DNA of 64,000 bases from Tolypothrix carrinoi HA7290-LM1 (GTDB lineage: Bacteria > Cyanobacteriota > Cyanobacteriia > Cyanobacteriales > Nostocaceae). A program made the position numbers and the translations under genes. How positions within the stretch are numbered: the stretch's first letter is position 1; each line of letters opens with the position of its first letter. The DNA lies in NCBI GenBank assembly GCA_019358935.1, contig JAHHIK010000013.1, positions 1 to 64,000 on the forward strand, in the 5' to 3' direction. A model generated the notes under the pieces. That model saw only the letters and a list, made by a program, of their open reading frames with translations, ran no database searches and was not told the DNA's origin. Below, in pieces: positions 55,239-64,000 of this stretch.

Positions 55239-55973
55239 ATGACTTCTCTATCTGGTAAAGTCGCAATTGTCACAGGTTCATCACGCGGTATTGGACGTGC
55301 CATTGCGGAACGCTTGGGACGTGATGGTGCAAATGTGGTTGTTACCTACGCCGGCAACAAAGACAAAGCAGAAGAAGTGGTTTCCGCAATTAAGGCTAAT
55401 CAAACGGATGCGATCGCTATCCAAGTTGACATGCGAAAAATTGAAGATGTCCGCAATCTCTTTCTTCATACACTTGACTATTTTGGCAAGCTGGATATTC
55501 TCGTCAACAACGCCGCCGGCAAGAACATTTTTAAACCTACTGCCGAAATGACCGAAGACGAGTATAACTCGATGTTCGACATCAGCAGAGGAGTTTACTT
55601 TTCCCTGCAACAAGCAGCACACCACATGGCAGATAACGGCAGAATTGTCAACATTTCTTCCGCTGGTACATCACAAAGCATCGCCACAGGCGGTGCTTAT
55701 GCTGGTTGCAAAGCTGCGATTGAGCAATTTAGTATGGGGCTGGCAAAAGAATTAGGGACACGCCAGATTACAGTTAATACCGTTGCCCCTGGAGTCACCG
55801 ATACCGATGGGTTGGTATTGGAACAAGAGCAAGTCAATCAAATGATTGCTCAAACGCCACTTGGTCGCCTCGGTCGTCCGGATGATATCGCCAGTGTTGT
55901 TTCTCTGCTGGTATCTGATGATGCCGGGTGGGTAACTGGTCAAAATATCCGCGCTACAGGCGGAATTGTCTAG
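55239..55973 (+). CDS. Short-chain dehydrogenase/reductase
   Basis: TGSSRGIG, NNAA, YAGCK, PLGRLG. Confidence 0.92.
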   Translation: MTSLSGKVAIVTGSSRGIGRAIAERLGRDGANVVVTYAGNKDKAEEVVSAIKANQTDAIAIQVDMRKIEDVRNLFLHTLDYFGKLDILVNNAAGKNIFKPTAEMTEDEYNSMFDISRGVYFSLQQAAHHMADNGRIVNISSAGTSQSIATGGAYAGCKAAIEQFSMGLAKELGTRQITVNTVAPGVTDTDGLVLEQEQVNQMIAQTPLGRLGRPDDIASVVSLLVSDDAGWVTGQNIRATGGIV

Positions 55974-56105
55974 ACCAACAGTAGCAGCAATTACAAAAAA
56001 CCTTGCTATTTCCTCCCAGCGGTAGAGAGTGTAAATCTACCTAAGACATACGCTAGAGGATGTTTGACGTTTTTTTGTCAATTTATCACAAATAGCATCA
56101 AAATT

Positions 56106-56519
56106 ATGCCTGATATTGTTGATACTGCCATGAGTGCGGGGACTTTCTCCACCTTAGTAGCGGCAGTTACGGCTGCTGGTCTTGCAGACACACTCAAGAG
56201 TCCTGGTCCATTCACTGTTTTCGCGCCAAATGATGACGCTTTTTCTAAGTTGCCATCAGGAACAGTCGAAGCGCTACTTCAAGATATCCTTACCCTGAGA
56301 AAAATTCTAGAATATCATGTGGTATCTGGCAAAGTCACGGCGGCTGATGTCGTTAAACTCAGTCAAGCGACGACGGTTGAAGGTTCAGATGTCAAAATTG
56401 ATGCCTCTAATGGTGTCAAGGTGAATGATGCCACAGTCGTTCAGCCTGATATCGAAACTGAAAACGGAGTTATCCATGTAATTGACAGCGTACTCTTGCC
56501 TGCATCAGTCAGCCTTTAG
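56106..56519 (+). CDS. Fasciclin (FAS1) domain protein
   Basis: [26 protein letters not shown]. Confidence 0.93.
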   Translation: MPDIVDTAMSAGTFSTLVAAVTAAGLADTLKSPGPFTVFAPNDDAFSKLPSGTVEALLQDILTLRKILEYHVVSGKVTAADVVKLSQATTVEGSDVKIDASNGVKVNDATVVQPDIETENGVIHVIDSVLLPASVSL

Positions 56520-56535
56520 AGTTTTTGTGAGGTTT

Positions 56536-56583
56536 GTAGTAAGCACTGAAGTGCTTTATTTAAGCGCTGAAGCGCTTACTACG
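56536..56583. repeat. GTAG-type REP-like palindromic doublet
   Basis: GTAGTAAGCACTGAAGTGCTT...AAGCGCTGAAGCGCTTACTAC. Confidence 0.7.
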
Positions 56584-56607
56584 TTCGTTTTTAAAGAAAT
56601 TAATCAT

Positions 56608-58039
56608 CTAACACCCCCAGGAGACTCCCGCCACAACGAAGTTTGGCGGTGAGAGGAATGGGGATTCGCTGTGAGTTTCGCCCCTGAGCCAAATTGCCGC
56701 AAAGCGACAACAGGCTCAGGGGCGGTTGACTCGTGAGTAATTAGACTTTGGTACATAGCGATATTTATGTGTTTCACAGATTTTGTGATAAAATGTGAAG
56801 CATGGAAAAAGCCTACCGCTACCGTTTTTACCCAACCACCGAGCAAGAACAAATATTGCGACGGACAATTGGTTGTGTGCGGTTGGTTTTTAACCGAGCA
56901 TTGGCAGCAAGAACCGAGGCTTGGTACGAGAGGCAAGAACGAGTAGACTATGTTCAAACCTCTGCAATGTTGACGCAGTGGAAAAAGCTCGAAGACCTCC
57001 AGTTTTTGAATGAGGTTAGCTGTGTACCACTGCAACAAGGTTTGAGACATCTGCAAACTGCATTCACTAACTTCTTTGCGCTTAGAGCGAAATACCCTAA
57101 CTTCAAGAAAAAGCGTAATGGTGGTAGTGCAGAGTTTACTAAGTCCGCATTCAGATGGAAAGACGGACAAGTATATCTGGCAAAGTGTTCTGAACCATTG
57201 AACGTTAAATGGTCGAGGCATCTGCCGAGGGGGTGTGTACCAACAACTATCACAGTTAAACTTGAACCGTCTGGACGCTGGTTTGTCAGCCTGCGGATTG
57301 ATGATCCAAGTGACGAGAAACTCCAACCAGTTGACAAGTCTGTGGGGCTGGATGTTGGAATCACAAGTCTTGTTACCTTGAGTACAGGTGAGAAGATTGC
57401 TAACCCCAAAGGTTTTGATAAGCACTACCACAAACTTAGGAAAGCGCAAAAAACTCTTAGCCGTCGTCAAAAGGACTCTCGAAACCGAGACAAAGCAAGA
57501 CTTAAAGTTGCTCGAATTCAAGCCAAAATTTCTGATTCTCGAAAAGACCATTTGCATAAGCTGACAACTCGACTGGTGCGTGAAAACCAAACGATAGTAG
57601 TTGAGGACTTGGCGGTTAAAAACATGGTCAAAAATCCTAAACTTGCCCGTGCCATTAGCGATGCCAGTTGGGGTGAGTTCGTAAGGCAGTTGGAATACAA
57701 AACCAAGTGGTATGGTCGAACCCTGGTAAAAATTGACCGATGGTTTCCCAGTTCTAAGCGCTGTGGAAACTGTGGTCACATTCTTGAGCGCTTGCCGTTG
57801 AATATCAGGGAGTGGGATTGCCCCAATTGCGGAACGCACCATGACCGCGATATCAACGCGGCTAAAAACATTTTGGCGGTGGGACACACCGTTACAGTCT
57901 GTGGAGCGAACGTAAGACCTGATAGGCATAAGTCTAAAGGGCAGTTGCGAAAAACCCGTGAGGGAAAGAAACAGAAACCCAAATCGTGAGTTTTGGGAAT
58001 CTCCCGCTACACCATCAGGTTAGCGGGAGAGGATGTCAA
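56608..58039 (+). mobile_element. IS200/IS605-family (IS1341-like, tnpB-only) insertion sequence
   Basis: Left hairpin CTCCCGCC...GGCGGTGAG. Right end GAAT-CTCCCGCTA...TAGCGGGAG...TCAA (58036-58039). No tnpA ORF. Confidence 0.85.
56802..57989 (+). CDS. tnpB: RNA-guided endonuclease TnpB
   Basis: AYRYRFYPT; RuvC motifs VGLDVG, IVVEDL and HDRDINAA; zinc finger CGNC...CPNC. Confidence 0.96.
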   Translation: MEKAYRYRFYPTTEQEQILRRTIGCVRLVFNRALAARTEAWYERQERVDYVQTSAMLTQWKKLEDLQFLNEVSCVPLQQGLRHLQTAFTNFFALRAKYPNFKKKRNGGSAEFTKSAFRWKDGQVYLAKCSEPLNVKWSRHLPRGCVPTTITVKLEPSGRWFVSLRIDDPSDEKLQPVDKSVGLDVGITSLVTLSTGEKIANPKGFDKHYHKLRKAQKTLSRRQKDSRNRDKARLKVARIQAKISDSRKDHLHKLTTRLVRENQTIVVEDLAVKNMVKNPKLARAISDASWGEFVRQLEYKTKWYGRTLVKIDRWFPSSKRCGNCGHILERLPLNIREWDCPNCGTHHDRDINAAKNILAVGHTVTVCGANVRPDRHKSKGQLRKTREGKKQKPKS

Positions 58040-58059
58040 TGGCAGTAATACTCGCCGAT
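57880..58059 (+). ncRNA. Predicted TnpB omegaRNA (scaffold to TCAA at 58039 plus ~20-nt flanking guide)
   Basis: Established TnpB architecture; right-end hairpin visible. The 5' boundary is a guess. Confidence 0.6.
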
Positions 58060-58255
58060 CGCGTTCAGAACATGAAACTTCGCGTTCAGAACATGAAACT
58101 TCGAGTTCTGAACCTGAAACTTGAGCTTCTGAACATGAAACTTCGAGTTCAGAACACCAAACTTGAGCTTCTGAACCTGAAACTTGAGCTTCTGAACATG
58201 AAACTTCGAGTTCCGAACCTGAAACTTCGAGTTCTGAACCTGAAACTTCGAGTTC
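58060..58255. repeat. 21-bp degenerate tandem array (9 full units plus a partial)
   Basis: (CGAG/GAGC/CGCG)TTC(T/A/C)GAAC(A/C)TGAAACTT units, bracketed by direct repeat TAATACTCGC. Confidence 0.9.
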
Positions 58256-58335
58256 TAATACTCGCGCAAGATACAAAAACACTCAACGATGAAGCAAACT
58301 TGGAGAAACAAAAGCAATTATTCGCCACTTAATCG

Positions 58336-61008
58336 ATGAACTGCAACGACAACCTTGATGCTGAAGAAATACGCCTTGGGGAAGATGCACGACGAGAGAA
58401 AAACTGGAAGCGCTGGGGACCGTATTTAGCAGAAAGACAGTGGGGAACTGTGCGCGAGGACTATTCGGAAGATGGTTCTAACTGGGATTACTTTCCCCAC
58501 GAACAAGCACGCAGTCGCGCTTATCGTTGGGGGGAAGATGGACTTTTGGGAATATGCGATCGCGAAGGTCGTCTTTGTTTTGCGCTGGCTTTGTGGAATG
58601 GATGCGACCCAATTCTCAAAGAACGCATTTTCGGGTTGACCAACAGTCAGGGAAATCACGGTGAAGATGTTAAAGAATATTACTTTTACCTCGACTCAAC
58701 ACCCACCCATTCTTATTTCAAAGCTAATTATAAGTATCCCCAAAGCGAGTTTCCCTACACCCGCTTAATTGAAGAAAATCAGCAGCGCAGCGAATCAGAA
58801 TCAGAATTTGAACTTGTCGATACAAACATTTTTGCTGAAAATCGCTACTTTGACGTTTTTGCGGAATACGCTAAAGCCAGTCCCAACGATATCTTAATTA
58901 AAATCACCGTTGCCAATCGCGCATCACAAGCGGCTACACTTGACATTTTACCCACAATCTGGTTTAAAAATACTTGGTCTTGGGGTCGCACGGGCGAGAG
59001 TTATTGGTCAAAACCCTGCATCGAGTATAAAAAAGACGGGGAACTTTTGCTTGATCAGGAAAGTTTGGGCAAATTTCATCTTGCAGTTGAACCGTTTTTA
59101 GGTAGCGAACCGCCGAAATTTTTGTTTACCGACAACGAGACAAACGCGGTAAAGCTGTTTAACGCGGCTGAAAATCCCAGTCCTTACGTCAAAGATGCTT
59201 TTCACGATTATATTGTCGGCGGTATCAAAGATGCTGTCAATCCGGAAATGGTGGGCACGAAAGCAGCCGCACACTACCACCTAGAAATACCAGCAAAGGA
59301 AGAAGTTACAATCAGGTTGCGGCTATTTGCTTTAGACGAAGCACCACAACAGCCATTTGATGAAGACTTTGAGCGGATATTTCAACAACGCATCGACGAA
59401 GCAGAAGAATTTTATCAAAAGCGCGTTTCTTGCAACCTTAGCGAACACGAAAACCGAGTAGTCAGACAAGCTTATGCAGGGTTGCTGTGGTCAAAACAAT
59501 TTTATCATTACGGTGTGAAGCAGTGGTTAGAAGGCGATCCGGCACAACCAGCACCAAAAAGAGAAAAAAACGGACGTAATGTCGATTGGACTGAACTTTA
59601 CAACCGTGATATTATTTCCATGCCCGACAAATGGGAGTATCCTTGGTATGCAAGTTGGGATTCAGCCTTTCAGATTGTCGCTTTTGCCAAAATCGATCCA
59701 GAGTTTGCCAAACAGCAGCTAATTTTGTTTCTGCGGGAATGGTATATGCATCCCAACGGACAAATACCAGCTTACGAATTTGACTTTTCGGCGACAAATC
59801 CGCCAGTATTGCCTTGGGCTTGTTGGCGTATTTATAAAATGACTGCTTGTAAGGGTAAGCGCGATCGCATTTTTTTAGCGCGTGTCTTCCAAAAATTTCT
59901 GGTTAACTTTACTTGGTGGGTGAACCGCAAAGATTCTACCGGTAAAAATATCTTTTCCGGCGGCTTTTTGGGGATGGATAATATCGGAATTTTTGATCGT
60001 TCTAAACCGCTTCCCACTGGAGGGAATCTTCAACAAGCAGACGGCACCGCTTGGATGGCATTTTACTGCTTAACCATGCTGGCAATGGCGCTGGAACTAG
60101 CTGATGAAGACCCCGCTTATGAAGATATTGCATCGAAGTTTTTTGAACATTTCATCGCCATATCCGATGCAATGAATCGACTCGGTGGGACTGGATTGTG
60201 GGACGAAGAAGACGGCTTTTATTACGATCAGCTTGAGGTGGATGATAAATGTATACCATTGAAAGTGCGATCGCTTGTCGGACTTGTGCTATTTTTTGCC
60301 GTTGAAACTATCGATTTTCATTTAATCGAGCGTTTACCAGGATTTTCTAAACGAATGCAGTGGTTTATCAAAAATCGCAAAGACGTAACTCAGCACATTT
60401 CCTGCATGAAAAAAGCGCAGAATCATGGACGCATGTTGTTAGCGATTCCATCTCAAGAACGTTTAGAAAGAGTGCTGCGCTACTTGCTAGATGAAACCGA
60501 ATTTCTCTCTAAATATGGCATTCGCTCACTGTCTCGCTATCATTTAGATCATCCTTATATCTTAAAATTTGACCATCAAGAGTATTGTGTCAAGTACCTT
60601 CCAGGTGAATCTAACAGCAGCTTTTTCGGCGGCAATTCCAATTGGCGCGGACCAATTTGGTTTCCCTTAAATTACCTGCTTCTTGAAGCTTTAGAACGTT
60701 ATTATCACTTTTACGGCGACTCTTTAAAAGTTGAATGTCCCACAAATTCCGGACAAATGATGAACCTCTCCCAAGTAGCGGACGAACTGCAAAAGCGATT
60801 AACCCAGATATTTATTCCTGACGAACAAGGACGCTGCCCTTGGCAGGGTAATAATCAATACTTTGCAGACGATCCTCATTGGCGCGACTTAATTCTATTT
60901 AACGAGTACTTCTGTGGCGATTCTGGGCACGGTTTGGGAGCAAATCATCAAACCGGCTGGACAGCATTAATTGCCCGTTTATTAGAAGATATTGGCTGTA
61001 AAAGATAA
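58336..61008 (+). CDS. MGH1-like / GH63-family glycoside hydrolase
   Basis: WGPYLAERQWGTVREDYS, MPDKWEYPWYASWD, NWRGPIWFP, HQTGWT. Confidence 0.9.
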   Translation: MNCNDNLDAEEIRLGEDARREKNWKRWGPYLAERQWGTVREDYSEDGSNWDYFPHEQARSRAYRWGEDGLLGICDREGRLCFALALWNGCDPILKERIFGLTNSQGNHGEDVKEYYFYLDSTPTHSYFKANYKYPQSEFPYTRLIEENQQRSESESEFELVDTNIFAENRYFDVFAEYAKASPNDILIKITVANRASQAATLDILPTIWFKNTWSWGRTGESYWSKPCIEYKKDGELLLDQESLGKFHLAVEPFLGSEPPKFLFTDNETNAVKLFNAAENPSPYVKDAFHDYIVGGIKDAVNPEMVGTKAAAHYHLEIPAKEEVTIRLRLFALDEAPQQPFDEDFERIFQQRIDEAEEFYQKRVSCNLSEHENRVVRQAYAGLLWSKQFYHYGVKQWLEGDPAQPAPKREKNGRNVDWTELYNRDIISMPDKWEYPWYASWDSAFQIVAFAKIDPEFAKQQLILFLREWYMHPNGQIPAYEFDFSATNPPVLPWACWRIYKMTACKGKRDRIFLARVFQKFLVNFTWWVNRKDSTGKNIFSGGFLGMDNIGIFDRSKPLPTGGNLQQADGTAWMAFYCLTMLAMALELADEDPAYEDIASKFFEHFIAISDAMNRLGGTGLWDEEDGFYYDQLEVDDKCIPLKVRSLVGLVLFFAVETIDFHLIERLPGFSKRMQWFIKNRKDVTQHISCMKKAQNHGRMLLAIPSQERLERVLRYLLDETEFLSKYGIRSLSRYHLDHPYILKFDHQEYCVKYLPGESNSSFFGGNSNWRGPIWFPLNYLLLEALERYYHFYGDSLKVECPTNSGQMMNLSQVADELQKRLTQIFIPDEQGRCPWQGNNQYFADDPHWRDLILFNEYFCGDSGHGLGANHQTGWTALIARLLEDIGCKR

Positions 61009-61013
61009 AACAT

Positions 61014-61350
61014 TTGGGCATGGGGCATTGGGCATGGGGCATGGGGCATGGGGCATTGGGCATTGGGCATGGGGCATTGGGCATGGGGCATGGGGCATGG
61101 GGCATGGGGCATGGGGCATGGGGCATGGGGCATTGGGCATGGGGCATTGGTAATAATTCTTTCCCCTTTTCCCTTTCACGGCGGATGCTCCACTTGGGGA
61201 GCCACCCCCGTGAAAGGGTTTCCCGACTTGAGGGGAGTGGCGTGAAACCCCAAGACCGCACCGCCTCCCCTTTTCCCCTCTTCAAAAAGCCCATTGCCCA
61301 ATGCCCAATGCCCATTGCCCATTGCCCAATGCCCAATGCCCAATGCCCAT
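61014..61350. repeat. Inverted STRR blocks (GGGCATG/GGGCATT vs CCCAATG) with a nested dispersed repeat (61178-61268)
   Basis: Directly visible, between convergent genes. Confidence 0.85.
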
Positions 61351-61359
61351 TCACCCTTA

Positions 61360-62295
61360 TTACCAAAACATTCGATTCAAAAAGTGACGTAATAACTTTG
61401 GTTCTTCTGGTTCATGATAATCTTTTGGCAACAAAGCAAGCAGCGCTGCTTGCAATTCATCCAAGACAGCTTGTATTTCTTTCGACTTTGGTCGATGAGA
61501 TTCAGGAAAAATTAACGCTTCACCAAAACGCAGAGTTAATTCTTTTCTCAAATACAAATCTTGACAACCGATGAGCGCTACAGGTACAATCGGCACGCCA
61601 GAACGTAAAGCATAAATTGCCGCACCACGCTTGAGGGGTAGTTGCAATTCACCTTCAACGCTGCCAAGTCTCCCCTCTGGAAACAAAATAATTCCATCTC
61701 CACAAGCAAAAATGCCTTGGACGATGCGATCTAAGCGTCGCAGTGTCTCTATAGAATTGCCTTGAGGGACATATTGTTGAATATCATCTGCCAATTCAGC
61801 TAAATCTGAACGTCCTGCTTTTGCACCTGAAATCACTGCAATTTCTTCTTTCCAAATGCGTTCTAGGGGAATTACTCCTTTAGCTAAACGCATAATTAAA
61901 CGTTTCCACCAATTGTTGTAAAGTGTGCGGGCGTCGCCCAAAATATGGTAATAGGGGTTTGCAGGCAACTCTGATAGTAGGAGAAATGGATCGATGTGGT
62001 TGAGATGATTAGCGGCAATCAGCGCGGGTGTTTGAGGAATGCGTTCGGGAAATTCAACTTTAATTTGAAAAAGAGCGTGAATTATAGTTCGCAACAGTTT
62101 TCGTCGCACCTCACCGCTGATTTTCTCCTCTGCACCACCTTCTGCTGAGAGTAACGCTTCAGCGATCGCCTCATTAGCGCGATCGTTGCGTGCGTAAGCA
62201 ACACCCTCTCTCGCTCGTTGAATTGTTGCTTTTGTCAGTGGTGGTAAAACAAGTTCTGGATGAGGAGTTGATTGATCTGGTGAGGTGGATTTCAT
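61360..62295 (-). CDS. Lysophospholipid acyltransferase family protein
   Basis: ANHLNHID (HX4D), LFPEG, VPIVPV. Confidence 0.88.
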   Translation of the reverse strand: MKSTSPDQSTPHPELVLPPLTKATIQRAREGVAYARNDRANEAIAEALLSAEGGAEEKISGEVRRKLLRTIIHALFQIKVEFPERIPQTPALIAANHLNHIDPFLLLSELPANPYYHILGDARTLYNNWWKRLIMRLAKGVIPLERIWKEEIAVISGAKAGRSDLAELADDIQQYVPQGNSIETLRRLDRIVQGIFACGDGIILFPEGRLGSVEGELQLPLKRGAAIYALRSGVPIVPVALIGCQDLYLRKELTLRFGEALIFPESHRPKSKEIQAVLDELQAALLALLPKDYHEPEEPKLLRHFLNRMFW

Positions 62296-62484
62296 TTCTC
62301 TATTCTCAAATTAGAATTTAATGTGAGCTGTCGAGAGGAGACTGGTGAAAACTGATGTTTGGCGATTAAATTAATTTAACGAACCGCAGAGTACGCAGGG
62401 GACGCAGAGAGATAAGAGGAGCGTTCTTTGTTTTTGCGCTCATTCCTATAATTAATAGTTTACTTTGTTTGCGCCACAAAAAGA

Positions 62485-63219
62485 TTACAGCATTTTTTCG
62501 AGAAATTGCTTTGCGCGATCGCACTGCGGATTTTGGAAAAATTCGCTTGGTGTGGTATCTTCTGCTATACTTCCTCGGTCGAGAAACATAATTCGACTGG
62601 CTACTTCTCTAGCGAATCCCATTTCATGAGTTACAATCGCCATCGTGATTTCTAATTGTGCCAAACCTTTCATCACGTCTAACACATCTTTGACCATTTC
62701 TGGATCTAAAGCTGAGGTTGGTTCATCAAACAAAATCATTTCCGGTTCCATCGCTAATGCACGAGCGATCGCAACTCGTTGTTTTTGTCCTCCAGATAAT
62801 TTAGATGGGTAAACATCGGCTTTTTCTGCCAAACCCACTTTGTCAAGTAACTCTAATCCTTTCTGTTTTGCTTGTTGCTTATCAACTTTTTTCACTTTAA
62901 TCGGTGCATAAGTGACATTTTGCAACACCGTCATGTGAGGAAACAAATTGAAGTGTTGAAACACCATTACTAAAGAAGAGCGAACTTTGAGAATATTTGT
63001 CTTAGAGTTGGTAATTTCTTGTTCATTAAAGTAAACTCGTCCTTTCGTCGGACGTTCCAGCAAATTCATACATCGGAGAAAAGTAGACTTACCCGAACCC
63101 GAAGGACCAAGAATAGCGACTACTTCACCTTGATAAATCTCCGTCGAAATATCTTTGAGAACATCGAGTTTCCCAAAAGATTTACATAAAAATTCCGTGC
63201 GAATTACAACTTGATTCAT
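62485..63219 (-). CDS. Polar amino-acid ABC transporter ATP-binding protein
   Basis: [38 protein letters not shown]. Start at MNQVV (63219). Confidence 0.93.
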   Translation of the reverse strand: MNQVVIRTEFLCKSFGKLDVLKDISTEIYQGEVVAILGPSGSGKSTFLRCMNLLERPTKGRVYFNEQEITNSKTNILKVRSSLVMVFQHFNLFPHMTVLQNVTYAPIKVKKVDKQQAKQKGLELLDKVGLAEKADVYPSKLSGGQKQRVAIARALAMEPEMILFDEPTSALDPEMVKDVLDVMKGLAQLEITMAIVTHEMGFAREVASRIMFLDRGSIAEDTTPSEFFQNPQCDRAKQFLEKML

Positions 63220-63226
63220 ATTATTA

Positions 63227-63447
63227 GGGCATTGGGAATTGGGCATTGGGCATTGGGCATTGGGCATTGGGCATTGGGCATTGGGAATTGGGCATTGGGC
63301 ATTGGGCAATGGGCAATGGGCAATGGGCATTGGGCAATGGGCAATGGGCAATGGGCTTTTCCCTTTCCCCTTTCCCCTTTCCCCTTTCCCCTTTCCCCCT
63401 TTTTAAAATCCCCATGCCCAATGCCCCATGCCCCATGCCCAATTACC
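63227..63447. repeat. STRR block (TGGGCAT, TGGGCAA, TTTCCCC, ATGCCCC units)
   Basis: Directly visible. Confidence 0.85.
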
Positions 63448-63448
63448 A

Positions 63449-64000
63449 TTACTCACTTCGCCTTAATCTTGTTTCTAAAGCAGAAGCACCAAAAGTCAAA
63501 CCCATGACTAAAACATAGTAAATCAATCCTGCAAACAACAACGGCTCAAAGTAGATATATTTATTTGCGCCGATAATTTGAGCGCTGCGTAAAATTTCCA
63601 CCACACCAATCGTTGACACCAATGCCGAATCTTTTAATAGTCCGATAGTTTCATTTACCAAAGCTGGTAAAATGTTCTTTAAAGCTTGGGGTAAAATTAC
63701 ATCCCACATCATCAACCAGTAAGAAACACCCATTGACATCGCTGCTTCACTTTGTCCTTTATCTACTGCTTGAATTCCTCCGCGAATAGTTTCTGACATG
63801 TAGGCGCCAGAGTTGAGGGTAAAAGTTAGCACACCCGCTTGCAATGCGGAAATATCATAACCTGTAAGTTGAGGCGTTGCGTAGTAAACTAAAGTTAATT
63901 GTAAAAGCAGCGGAGTGCCTCGAAATACAGAGGTGTAGGCATTAGCAAATAAAGTCAGCGGCTTGATGTCGGCAATTTTGAATAAGGATAATACAGTCCC
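63449..64000 (-). CDS. Polar amino-acid ABC transporter permease (5' part beyond the window)
   Basis: Frame open to the window edge: [33 protein letters not shown]. Confidence 0.9.
   Translation of the reverse strand, partial: GTVLSLFKIADIKPLTLFANAYTSVFRGTPLLLQLTLVYYATPQLTGYDISALQAGVLTFTLNSGAYMSETIRGGIQAVDKGQSEAAMSMGVSYWLMMWDVILPQALKNILPALVNETIGLLKDSALVSTIGVVEILRSAQIIGANKYIYFEPLLFAGLIYYVLVMGLTFGASALETRLRRSE

Noticed and set aside
56604..57929. 441-aa antisense ORF
   Set aside because: Shadow of tnpB with no recognisable domain and no Y1 transposase HUH motif.
58060..58255. Possible CRISPR array next to a Cas12-like nuclease
   Set aside because: Period is 21 bp with no unique spacers. The 395-aa protein has standard TnpB features and IS ends.
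58007..58332. Heptad-repeat ORFs on both strands
   Set aside because: Explained by the stop-free 21-bp DNA repeat; no independent evidence of coding.
60899..61574. MPHAPCP / MGHGAW ORFs, and similar ones at 22.5, 26.2, 28.0, 30.7, 44.0, 50.8 and 63.2 kb
   Set aside because: Translations of heptamer STRRs, not Cys/His-rich peptides.

Overview
Chromosomal window from a filamentous, probably heterocyst-forming (Nostocales-type) cyanobacterium. The assignment rests on abundant HIP1 octamers (GCGATCGC), heptameric STRR blocks and cyanobacterial genes (psb29, cpcT, ndhS, glpX). Most of it is housekeeping: mgtE, pyrB, grxD-bolA, tadA-grxC, glpX-hemA, exbBD, hemF, mrp-rodA-ndhS, UDP-GlcA decarboxylase-ugd and a polar amino-acid ABC transporter. 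Accessory content: (i) an HTH/NB-ARC/WD40 STAND gene divergent from two orphan secreted Cys-rich proteins and a 28-bp tandem repeat; (ii) an intact tnpB-only IS200/IS605 element with readable ends and an inferred TCAT TAM, followed by a 21-bp tandem array, plus the right end of a second tnpB element at the window start; (iii) a structured ~245-nt mgtE leader with an anti-Shine-Dalgarno; (iv) a ~46-nt nested dispersed repeat family with a covarying stem that has inserted in frame into pyrB and a UPF0182 gene; (v) ArsR-ClpN and duplicated ArsR-DUF2087 regulators with visible candidate operators; (vi) remnants of a VapBC-type locus and an aldehyde dehydrogenase. No rRNA, tRNA or CRISPR array was recognised. 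All product calls come from recognising motifs by eye, not from database searches.
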